Assembly: GCA_964548025.1 (NCBI GenBank)
Contig: CAZJRI010000002.1
Location: 26,175 to 90,174, forward strand
Direction: 5' to 3'
Length of the DNA: 64,000 nucleotides
Origin: an uncultured Pseudomonadales bacterium
Lineage (GTDB): Bacteria; Pseudomonadota; Gammaproteobacteria; Pseudomonadales; Azotimanducaceae
In this document: positions 18,519 to 27,345 of the stretch, piece after piece
How the letters are laid out: every line of letters starts with the position of its first letter
Position numbering within the stretch: the first letter of the stretch is position 1
Notes under the pieces: model-generated
What the model saw: the letters and a program-made list of their open reading frames with translations, nothing else
Database searches by the model: none
Told to the model about the DNA's origin: nothing
Program-made: the position numbers and the translations under genes

Positions 18519-19256
18519 TCAACTGCCTTTAAATTCAGGCTCGCGTTTTTCCTTGAATGCGAGTCGTCCCTCTGCACCATCAGCGCTCTGGCTAACTCCC
18601 AGTAGTTGATCCCTGGCAAGTGCGGAGAGTTCGCTCGGCCCCCGGGGAATCGTCTGGTTGACAAAGGACTTTATCGTCTGAACAACGAGAGGTGCACTGC
18701 GTTCAAAGATAGCAGCATATTCAAGTGCTGCCGTAAGCTCGTCACCCGGTGGAGTAAGCCGGTTTACCATGCCAACTTCGTAGGCGCGCTCGGCACCAAG
18801 GTCTTGCCCGAGCAACATAAATTCCATAGCGATTTTGTGAGGAACCCTGACGGCACATCCAGCGATGAGACCGCCTGTGAATCCAACCTGGGCCTCGGGG
18901 TACTTAAAGATGGTATTGGTTGCCGCTACGACCAGGTCGCACATTTGAACGAGAATATAGGCGCCACCTACACAGTACCCGTGAACAGCAGCAACGACTG
19001 GTTTGTCCAGTACAACACCAACACCTGGTACGCCCTGCCACATTTCCTTCGGTGGACTTTTAATGTCTGCCCCCACCGAGAATGCGCGATCGCCTTCTGC
19101 ACATAGTATCGCGCATCTTTCGTCGCCCTCGGCATAGCGTTGCCACGCACTTCGCAAATCCTGGATAAGATTCTCATCCAGTGCGTTGAGCTTTTCTGGT
19201 CTGTTGAGTCGGATAATGGCTGTGCGGCCTTCGACATCGTAGCTGACTGATTCCAT
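18519..19256 (-). CDS. enoyl-CoA hydratase/isomerase
   Basis: Crotonase fold: RPEKLNAL, FSVGADI, VAAVHGYCVGGA, YPEAQVGF. Confidence 0.85.
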   Translation of the reverse strand: MESVSYDVEGRTAIIRLNRPEKLNALDENLIQDLRSAWQRYAEGDERCAILCAEGDRAFSVGADIKSPPKEMWQGVPGVGVVLDKPVVAAVHGYCVGGAYILVQMCDLVVAATNTIFKYPEAQVGFTGGLIAGCAVRVPHKIAMEFMLLGQDLGAERAYEVGMVNRLTPPGDELTAALEYAAIFERSAPLVVQTIKSFVNQTIPRGPSELSALARDQLLGVSQSADGAEGRLAFKEKREPEFKGS

Positions 19257-19427
19257 GTTTTTACTCCCGCGCGACTGTATCTGATCCTAACATCATTTAT
19301 CCCCGGATGATCAATCATTGGAAGTGCTGTCACCCTGGGTGAGTGATTGCTGACTTGTCGGGGTAATTTGAATATCTTGAAAAACGTATGCTACATTCAC
19401 GCGCCTTGTTGAAAGGAGAAGTATGTA

Positions 19428-20366
19428 GTGAGTCAGAGTCAGGAACCGGCTTGGTTCAAGAGAGCAATTGATGCAGAAAGGCAGGACGGCGAGGTCATCG
19501 TCGAAGGCTGTAAAATCCATTACGCGACCTGGGGTGAGGAGGGACTGCCTGGTATTGTGATGATACATGGCAGCAATGCTCATCTGGAATGGTGGCGATT
19601 TGTCGCACCGTTTCTAACGGACCATTTCAGGGTGGCTTCGATCGACCTGTCTGGTCACGGAGATAGTGACTGGAGAGAAACATATAGCGGTGAGATTTTC
19701 GCCAAAGAGATAATGGCAGTATCTGAGGCCGCCAACCTCGGAGAAAAACCCTATGTGGTCGCTCACAGCTTCGGAGGATTTGTAGCACTGGAAACCGGCC
19801 ACCAATATGGCGATGAATTGGGAGGCATAGTCTTCTGTGATTTTACAATTACCGATCCTGACGAATACGTTGAGTGGGGGAAGAAGTTTAGTGAGCGCGG
19901 ACAACAGGCAGCCAGACCAACCAGAGTATATGAAGATATCAATACCGCGTTAGGGCGATTTCGTCTCGTGCCTGAACAGCCGTGCCAACATCCCTATATA
20001 TTAAGCTATCTCGCCCGCTGTTCATTGCGGGAAGTTGAAGGTGGCTGGACCTGGAAATTCGATCCCGCGCTATTCGATCACCTGGAAATGGGTGAATCCC
20101 AGCGGGATAAGTTTGTTGGTATTCCATGCAGAACGGCGGTGATTCTTGGTGAGCATAGTACTGATTCCGGCGCACAGAGCGGATCTTATATAGATGAGAT
20201 ATCCGAAGGAATATTACCGGTATTCGTGATTCCGGCAACCTATCACCACTTCATGTTTGATGAACCCATGGCGACGGTAACCGCAATCAAAGGACTGCTA
20301 CTGAGTTGGCGCAGGGAAGATGGGGCTGAAAAACTGTCGGACCTGTTTCGAGCCGTTCTCAACTGA
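19428..20366 (+). CDS. alpha/beta-fold hydrolase
   Basis: HGSNAH oxyanion region, nucleophile elbow AHSFGG, C-terminal HH. GTG start preceded by AAAGGAGAAG. Confidence 0.8.
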   Translation: MSQSQEPAWFKRAIDAERQDGEVIVEGCKIHYATWGEEGLPGIVMIHGSNAHLEWWRFVAPFLTDHFRVASIDLSGHGDSDWRETYSGEIFAKEIMAVSEAANLGEKPYVVAHSFGGFVALETGHQYGDELGGIVFCDFTITDPDEYVEWGKKFSERGQQAARPTRVYEDINTALGRFRLVPEQPCQHPYILSYLARCSLREVEGGWTWKFDPALFDHLEMGESQRDKFVGIPCRTAVILGEHSTDSGAQSGSYIDEISEGILPVFVIPATYHHFMFDEPMATVTAIKGLLLSWRREDGAEKLSDLFRAVLN

Positions 20367-20506
20367 ATATACAAGTTTACCCAGGTCAACGAATTATGCT
20401 GATCTGAGAGATTTTGTCGGTCTGGTATTGACTGTGATATAAGTCTCTCACCCGTTGGTAGTGTGGCTCGTTGCCAGTCATTCCTATAGAAGCCGTGGAA
20501 GTAAAA

Positions 20507-21175
20507 ATGATGAAAAATGTGTGGATTCTGGTTCTCTGTTTAATTCCAGCGCATCTGTATGCTGATATTAAGTCAGATCTGCGTCAATGCGCTGTGATTG
20601 AAGATTCGGCTGAACGACTTCGATGCCTTGATAATGTTGTGACAAGGCATGCCCCCGAAACAAGCGAACCTGCTGGCGGTGCATTGCCAGAGAGTAAAAG
20701 TATCAGCGAATCGAGAGAAATCCCGCGTGATCAGGTACCGAAGCCGCAAACAGGCCAACGTGACACAGAAGAAGAAGTTGTAAACCTTCGAAAAGTAAAG
20801 GAAAAACCCGCTCTGGACGAATCAGGAGAAAGAAAGGCAACGCAATCTGCTGAATCGGAGGTAACGCAGCAGGATGCCAGGCCTGAATGGGCGAAACCCC
20901 GACCCGAGGTGAAAAAAGAAGAGAAAAAAGAGGAGAAAAAGCGATCAAAGACCAGGGAGCAATTCAAGGGAGTGATAGCCGGAGTCAGAAAGTTACCGGG
21001 AGGACAGTACAAATTAACATTGAATGATGGTCAGATATGGCGCGAGGTAGAGGCAAAAAGACGCAGTCGGTATCGAATTGGGGATGAAGTTGTTATCAGC
21101 AAGGGATTTATCGGCAGCTTCGATTTGAAATCTGTTCGCACCGGCTTTCAGACTAAAGTTAAACGAGTTGACTAA
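20507..21175 (+). CDS. secreted hypothetical protein with Lys/Glu-rich linker
   Basis: Signal peptide MMKNVWILVLCLIPAHLYA, an ERLRCLDN motif, the low-complexity run KKEEKKEEKK, and a C-terminal beta-rich domain (GQYKLTLNDGQIWREV). I cannot assign a family. Confidence 0.5.
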   Translation: MMKNVWILVLCLIPAHLYADIKSDLRQCAVIEDSAERLRCLDNVVTRHAPETSEPAGGALPESKSISESREIPRDQVPKPQTGQRDTEEEVVNLRKVKEKPALDESGERKATQSAESEVTQQDARPEWAKPRPEVKKEEKKEEKKRSKTREQFKGVIAGVRKLPGGQYKLTLNDGQIWREVEAKRRSRYRIGDEVVISKGFIGSFDLKSVRTGFQTKVKRVD

Positions 21176-21368
21176 GTCATCCGGGCGTGGGCTCAAATAG
21201 GCTGATATAGAGGCCTGTAGAGAATTAGACGTGGATGTTAGAGCATTAAAATCCTTGACCTGATACTACCGATTTGTTATCTACTTAAGTCGAACATGCG
21301 TTAAGTTCGATTTACCTTCAAACGTGAATTATAGAAGGCGAAGAAGTCAATTAAATCTAGGGAGGATT

Positions 21369-24314
21369 ATGATGGGCTTATTACTCAGGAGGATACTAAT
21401 CGGTATCTTCACCATAGTACTATCGACGCTATTACCAACACTTTCATTCGCAGCCGAGGGCGATGATCTTGAAGAAGTGGTGGTCACCGGCAGTTATATA
21501 AAAAGACAAAATCAGGCAGATCTTCCGTCACCACTGAATACGGTGACGATAGAAGATATGCGGGCCAATGGATGGACTGACCTTGAAGATGTGACGGAAA
21601 CATTTACGTTCTCACCTTCTAACTATGGTCGAAGTGGCCTAACCAACGGTTGTTGCGGTAATGCCCGCGCGATTAATTTGAGGGGGCTCGGAGTATCGTC
21701 TACCCTCGTATTAACCAATGGCAAGCGAACCGCTTCAACATCAACAGGGCCATCCGGCGCTGACTACACCAATATCAAACATCTGATACCAATGATCGCA
21801 ATTGGCCGTATCGAGACCCTGCTTGATGGGGGAGCGGCATTGTACGGTTCTGACGCTGTTGCTGGTGTGGTGAACTTCAAAACCCGAACGGATTTCGAAG
21901 GCTTCGAAATGCGGGTCGGCGGTAAGGAAATTGAAGGTAGTGGTCAGTCCGAAGTTCAGTTCATTATCGGCGCCGGTAATGATGATATCCACGGTGTCTT
22001 CGCTTTTGGATTCGAGCATCAGGACGGTCTGCAGAACAGGGAACGGGATTTCAACCTGATCAACAATACATCAGGGAATGGTTCTCCAGGCACATACAAC
22101 CTGTCAAGTCGTCCGGTAGGCATCGGTGGTGGTGATGCGATTATTGACAACGGTGTCCATGGGCCGATTAACTACTCGACATTATGGGATGATGCTGTTG
22201 CTGGTGGCGCTACTAACATGACAGTTGCTGATCCCTATTGTCTTGCTGATCTCGTGCCAGCAGTAGGTCCTGTACCGGGTGGTGGTCAGTTTGCCGGAGA
22301 TGTCTTCCCACTGGGAACATGCCGATCAACCTATCAGCCCAATAATTCGACGACTCCTCAGGAAAATAGCTGGCAGCTTTATACCCATTGGGACTATGCG
22401 ATAAACCAGTATACAAATCTGAAGATCGAAGCGAGTATGTACCGCAGTCAAAACAGTACGACATTCATCGGTACCTTCCCCATGACTAACGGTCGACCGA
22501 TTGTACCGGCAAGCAACCCATTCAATCAGTTGGGTGTCGATCTTTCCTGGGCTGGTCGTCCGCTTGGACTTGCTTATCCTGCGATTAAAACCCAGGGAGA
22601 TGGCAATGGCAGCCGAATGGCGCTTAATCTTGAGGGCTCGTTTGAGCAGTTTTTCAAAGATGGTTTCCTGAGTAAGTGGGACTATGTATTGTCTGCGCAG
22701 TATTCCGGAGCCTATGGTGCGGGAGAAAATCCCGACACTGACCTCAGGAGAATGCAGCTTGCACTTGAAGGTTTCGGTGGATCGAATTGTGAGATTCGAT
22801 TTGACGGACCTGCTGCTTCGGCGGTAGCTGGTAAAGGTAACTGCCACTACTTCAGCCCTTTCGGAAAGGATATCTATCGAACCTTATATGATCCCCGATC
22901 CGGATATGGTGTCGCCGGTCAACTGGATGCAAATGGTAATCTTGTACTTTCGAGCGCCGCTGACACAGAAGATATAATCAGATTCAGTGCTCAGACCCAG
23001 TCAACCGAAATTAACGAGCGACGTCTGACTGTCTTTGAAGCGATTGCATCCGGTGAGATATTCGAATTACCCGGTGGAACTGCGGGACTGGCCATTGGTT
23101 ATCAGCAGCGTCATCAGATTCGTGAGCGTCTCGTACCCAACTTCCTGAATACATTGTCTCAGGGTTTCCTCTCACCTAGATCCAGCGGTAAAGGTGGTCG
23201 AATCGTAGATGCGTATTTTGCTGAACTTGCTTTACCTATCGCTGACAATATTGAGGTTCAGCTAGCCGTCAGAATGGAAGATTATGGTGATATTGACAGC
23301 ACTGATCCGAAAATCGGTATTAACTGGAATATCACTGATACCTTCTCTGCAAGATTTTCCGCGGGGACGTCGTTCAGAGCACCTTCCCTGGGTACGGTAG
23401 TAGGTAGAGACAAGCAATCAACAGTTGGTGAAGTGAGAGACCCGATTAACGTGGATGAGCAGTCTTCAGGTACGTTCCGAACGATCGTTGCCACCAAGAA
23501 TCCGGATCTGGAACCAGAAGAATCTGAAAACTACAATATTGGCGTTACCTGGGCACCTGCCGTTCCATGGGGTGATGGTGGCCATAGTTTCCAGGTTGAT
23601 TTAGATTACTTTGACTTTGAATTTGAGAACCAGATTCGGGCAGAGAATGCTAATGCTGTTGTTTCTGCAGATCCCTGCTCTGTACAGGTTCAGCGTGATA
23701 CGTTGATTCCATTGGTTACACCGGTATTAGCTAATCAGGGTCCAACAGCCTGTCCTGCCAATGTCGGTGCTGTATTGATCGTGAATGTTGGTTTCTTCAA
23801 CTCGGGTAAGACCGAGACTTCAGGTATGGATCTATCCATGACCTATTCGTTTGACTGGGGAGCCCATCAGTTTGATATCCGCAGTGAGACGACCTGGCTT
23901 GACACCTATGAAATTCAACCTTCAGATGGTGCCGCGACCATCGACGGGGTTGGCTTTAGGAATGAAGGAAATTCAGGTGTCACGGCACCTGAGATCAAAT
24001 CAAACCTGATGGTGAGCTGGGCGATGGAGAATCATTCAGCCAATCTCACCGTTCGATATATTGATGAAATTGAGGACGATGCTTTCGGTCTGAGGAGCGG
24101 CAACGGTGGCCTGTTTGGCGCAGTTGACGACCATACCGAGGTCGATCTGCAGTACAGCTATAGATATGGTGAGAACCAGAACTATAGCGTGACGATTGGT
24201 GCAATCAATATCCTTGACGAAGAGCCACCCGATGCGTTCTTCACTGGTTATGTAGAAGCCGTACATAACCCGTACATGCGGCAGGTATATCTGCGAGCAG
24301 GTGTTGAGCTATAG
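21369..24314 (+). CDS. TonB-dependent outer-membrane receptor
   Basis: Signal peptide, EEVVVTGS TonB-box/plug start, plug motifs (NLRGLG, LVLTNGKR, IETLLDGGAALYGSDAVAGVVN) and a long beta-barrel. Start placed at ATGATG after GGGAGG. Confidence 0.9.
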   Translation: MMGLLLRRILIGIFTIVLSTLLPTLSFAAEGDDLEEVVVTGSYIKRQNQADLPSPLNTVTIEDMRANGWTDLEDVTETFTFSPSNYGRSGLTNGCCGNARAINLRGLGVSSTLVLTNGKRTASTSTGPSGADYTNIKHLIPMIAIGRIETLLDGGAALYGSDAVAGVVNFKTRTDFEGFEMRVGGKEIEGSGQSEVQFIIGAGNDDIHGVFAFGFEHQDGLQNRERDFNLINNTSGNGSPGTYNLSSRPVGIGGGDAIIDNGVHGPINYSTLWDDAVAGGATNMTVADPYCLADLVPAVGPVPGGGQFAGDVFPLGTCRSTYQPNNSTTPQENSWQLYTHWDYAINQYTNLKIEASMYRSQNSTTFIGTFPMTNGRPIVPASNPFNQLGVDLSWAGRPLGLAYPAIKTQGDGNGSRMALNLEGSFEQFFKDGFLSKWDYVLSAQYSGAYGAGENPDTDLRRMQLALEGFGGSNCEIRFDGPAASAVAGKGNCHYFSPFGKDIYRTLYDPRSGYGVAGQLDANGNLVLSSAADTEDIIRFSAQTQSTEINERRLTVFEAIASGEIFELPGGTAGLAIGYQQRHQIRERLVPNFLNTLSQGFLSPRSSGKGGRIVDAYFAELALPIADNIEVQLAVRMEDYGDIDSTDPKIGINWNITDTFSARFSAGTSFRAPSLGTVVGRDKQSTVGEVRDPINVDEQSSGTFRTIVATKNPDLEPEESENYNIGVTWAPAVPWGDGGHSFQVDLDYFDFEFENQIRAENANAVVSADPCSVQVQRDTLIPLVTPVLANQGPTACPANVGAVLIVNVGFFNSGKTETSGMDLSMTYSFDWGAHQFDIRSETTWLDTYEIQPSDGAATIDGVGFRNEGNSGVTAPEIKSNLMVSWAMENHSANLTVRYIDEIEDDAFGLRSGNGGLFGAVDDHTEVDLQYSYRYGENQNYSVTIGAINILDEEPPDAFFTGYVEAVHNPYMRQVYLRAGVEL

Positions 24315-24345
24315 GATGCTTTGAAAGATCTTTCGTTTGATAAAA

Positions 24346-24370
24346 AGCCCACTCCGGTGGGCTTTTTTTT
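24346..24370 (+). terminator. rho-independent terminator after the TonB-dependent receptor gene
   Basis: AGCCCAC-TCCG-GTGGGCT stem-loop followed by a T7 tract, 32 nt after the stop codon. Confidence 0.85.
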
Positions 24371-24418
24371 GGCTTAAATCAGGTGCAAAAACAGCGTTTT
24401 TCATTAAGCTACAGCCTG

Positions 24419-25204
24419 ATGACCTCGTTAAAGAGAATAATTGTTTCCACGGTACTACTTTCAGTGGTATTTGTCGGTGGCATCCCGGTTCCTGTGATGG
24501 CAGAAGAATGTGTCATCCTGTTGCATGGGCTCGTGCGAACTTCTAATTCCATGAACAAGATTGAACGTGCGCTTGCTAAAGAGGGTTATGATGTTATCAA
24601 TATTGCCTATCCGTCGCGAAAAGCAACGATTGAAGAACTGGCACAACAGGCGGTTCCCGAAGGTATTGCTTACTGTCGTTCCAATGATGCTTCATCCATC
24701 AACTTTGTTAGCCATTCTTTGGGCGGTATTCTGATTCGGGAGTATTTGTCGCACGGTGATGTACCAGAACTGGCAAGAGTGGTCATGTTAGCCCCACCGA
24801 ATCAGGGAACGGAAATTGCCGAGGGTTTTTTCGCCAAACTACCTGGGTTTAATCTGCTTAATGGCCCTGCTGGCAGGCAGTTAGGTACGTCTGAGGAGAG
24901 TGTCCCACGAAAACTGGGGCCAGTGTCGTTCGAACTCGGTGTTATTGCGGGTACACGAAGTACAAATCCACTCTTGTCCGCGTTCCTCCCTGACAAGGAT
25001 GATGGCAAGGTGACAGTTCTGAATACCCGTATAGAGGGGATGTGCGGCTTTGTGGTAATGCCTGTTACCCATTCCCTGATGATGAGAAACAAGAAGGTGA
25101 TAAACCAGGTTAAGTCATTTCTGAAGGCAGGCAGATTTGAAGGTGAAAGAGCCGAAAATCTGAATTGTGTGAAGACGAATGGTATATCTACCTATTCCGA
25201 TTGA
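24419..25204 (+). CDS. alpha/beta hydrolase (lipase/esterase-like), exported or membrane-anchored
   Basis: LLHGL oxyanion region and SHSLGG nucleophile elbow. Hydrophobic N-terminus. An alternative GTG start lies at 24383. Confidence 0.7.
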   Translation: MTSLKRIIVSTVLLSVVFVGGIPVPVMAEECVILLHGLVRTSNSMNKIERALAKEGYDVINIAYPSRKATIEELAQQAVPEGIAYCRSNDASSINFVSHSLGGILIREYLSHGDVPELARVVMLAPPNQGTEIAEGFFAKLPGFNLLNGPAGRQLGTSEESVPRKLGPVSFELGVIAGTRSTNPLLSAFLPDKDDGKVTVLNTRIEGMCGFVVMPVTHSLMMRNKKVINQVKSFLKAGRFEGERAENLNCVKTNGISTYSD

Positions 25205-25258
25205 AGTCCAGAAGTTATAAGTAATATTTGTACGTTGCCTGGTGATATAACATTGCTA

Positions 25259-26008
25259 TTAGTCTTCGTCCAGATCTACCGGCGTGTCCTGCGCTACCTT
25301 TCTGCCGGTGAACATGGCGGAAATGATACCATTTCTCTCTCTGATCTCGGTCACGACAACTGCAGTGATGTGCGCAAGTATGGTAACCAGGAGCGTATAG
25401 AAAGAGTAAAGATGTATTGTGATAAACGGTTTTCGAAACGCCCGCATCTCCTTGTAGAGTTCAGGGTCAACGAATTCCTTGGAGCCGGGTTTTAAATTGG
25501 CGAGTTTAGCGGGGTCTCCATCGGTTACCCACTGTGCAATCTGATTGCCGAACGGTGGGTAGTAGATATCTGTACCAGCGAGAACCAGGCCGGTCGTCGC
25601 CTGTACCAGGAGCAGGAGAATAAGCAGGCTGATCATGAGTTGACCAATTGGATTATGACCGAGGTAGGTCTCTGATTGGCCGCAACCCCGGGCAGCAAGG
25701 GAACTTTTCAGTTTTATAATGAAGTTTTTGTTAATCGGCAGAAGGGATTGCCAGCCTGACCTGGATGAACTGAAGAATGCCCATACGAGTCGCCAGGCCA
25801 GATTGACTACGAAGACATAACCCACCAGAACGTGCATTTCTTTCAACAGAACCTTGCCGTCACCGCCAATCTGGATGGCCTTAGCATTCAATATAATCGT
25901 GCCGATAGCTATCAGCAGGAGAATGCAAATAAAGTTAATCCAGTGAAACCAGCGGGTTGTTTTGTCCCAGACGAAGTATTCTTTAAGTGGTTTATTGGGG
26001 TTCTCCAT
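25259..26008 (-). CDS. cytochrome b561 / Ni-Fe-hydrogenase b-type cytochrome subunit family membrane protein
   Basis: VWDKTTRWFHWINF N-terminal haem-ligand block, four TM helices, and conserved His residues in helices (HVLVGY, HLYSF, AH). Confidence 0.75.
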   Translation of the reverse strand: MENPNKPLKEYFVWDKTTRWFHWINFICILLLIAIGTIILNAKAIQIGGDGKVLLKEMHVLVGYVFVVNLAWRLVWAFFSSSRSGWQSLLPINKNFIIKLKSSLAARGCGQSETYLGHNPIGQLMISLLILLLLVQATTGLVLAGTDIYYPPFGNQIAQWVTDGDPAKLANLKPGSKEFVDPELYKEMRAFRKPFITIHLYSFYTLLVTILAHITAVVVTEIRERNGIISAMFTGRKVAQDTPVDLDED

Positions 26009-26102
26009 CAGATTGACCCTTGGTATCTAGGGAAATTTATCTCATCATCCTTTGAGATAAATGTCCATGACACTGGTCATGCAGCCTATAAAGGTAATAT
26101 GA

Positions 26103-27320
26103 CTAGGCTATATTTGATGCCAGCTCGATGAGAAGAAAGGATGTCGTCGTCAGAAACCCGAGTTTTGGCACCCAGGCCGGATACTCGGTAAATTGACCAC
26201 CATCTGGTTTCTTCTGTTTTATCCGAACAAGAGCCAGATTGACCAGGGAAAAGACACCTAGTACAAGGTAACTCGTCAGTTCTGCCAGGGTAACCAGAGG
26301 CAGCAGCAACGCAAATATCAGGATAGTTATGACAACCAGAATGGTGCTGTAAACGGGCGTTCTGGTGGTTGAATTTATCACGCCAAGCTTCGCAGGCAGC
26401 CACTGCCGGTAGGCCATTCCATAGATCAATCTGGATGCCATGATAATCTGGATGAGTGCACCGTTAACCACTGCGAATAATCCGATGACAGTGATCAATA
26501 CAGGAGTTTTGCCTGTTGCGTGCGAGTAGATATCCGCCAATGGTGCGTCTGACGCCGACAGTTGTGCCGGTGTCAGAATGCTGGTAGCAATCCAGGCCAC
26601 AGTTGCATAGAGCAACGTAGACATGACGACACAGATCAGTATGGCCATCGGCATATTCTTTTCCGGCTGCTTCACCTCCTCTGCGATATTAACCATATCT
26701 TCAAAACCTATGTACGCATAGAAAGCCAGGAATGCGCCTGACATTACACCTATCCAGGAAAAGGAGCTCAAACTTTGATCAGTTATGGGATCTGGTCCGG
26801 TATTCAGAAATTCATATCCGGTTGCAATGATCAGGAGAAGCCCGACTAGCTCTACGAGAGTCAGAATTGCAGCCAGCTTTACCGACTGGTCAATTCCCCA
26901 TGCGGCCAGCGCGCCGAGTGACAGGATAAGAAGCGTAATGATAACCGGAGTCGGGACGTCTATGAATGTTTGAAGATAACCCGCAAATCCGTGGGTAATT
27001 GCTGCTGACGATACGATGCCAGCAAGGGTAATCAGTAATCCAACGGTTCGTGAGAGTAGCGAGTTGTTGAAACCTTCCTGGATGTAGACTGCTTCTCCAG
27101 CACTGACCGGGTATCTTGTTGAGAGCTCGGAATATGAAAGTGCGGAGATACCTGCAATAACTGAGGCAACCAGAAATGCAGCAGGTGAATAGTATCCAGC
27201 CTCCCCGGCAACTTTACCGATGAGAACATAAATGCCTGCGCCCAGGATATTGCCTAGTCCGTAGAGACTGATAAGAGGGAGGGTAAGAGATCTTTTTAGC
27301 GAGTTGGTAGTTTCATTCAT
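26103..27320 (-). CDS. APC-superfamily amino acid/polyamine permease
   Basis: 12-TM pattern with GLGNILGAGIYVL and FYAYIGFEDM blocks. ATG at 27320 follows GAGGG; an alternative GTG lies at 27335. Confidence 0.85.
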   Translation of the reverse strand: MNETTNSLKRSLTLPLISLYGLGNILGAGIYVLIGKVAGEAGYYSPAAFLVASVIAGISALSYSELSTRYPVSAGEAVYIQEGFNNSLLSRTVGLLITLAGIVSSAAITHGFAGYLQTFIDVPTPVIITLLILSLGALAAWGIDQSVKLAAILTLVELVGLLLIIATGYEFLNTGPDPITDQSLSSFSWIGVMSGAFLAFYAYIGFEDMVNIAEEVKQPEKNMPMAILICVVMSTLLYATVAWIATSILTPAQLSASDAPLADIYSHATGKTPVLITVIGLFAVVNGALIQIIMASRLIYGMAYRQWLPAKLGVINSTTRTPVYSTILVVITILIFALLLPLVTLAELTSYLVLGVFSLVNLALVRIKQKKPDGGQFTEYPAWVPKLGFLTTTSFLLIELASNIA

Positions 27321-27345
27321 GGTTTGCCCTCTCACTAACTCCTCT

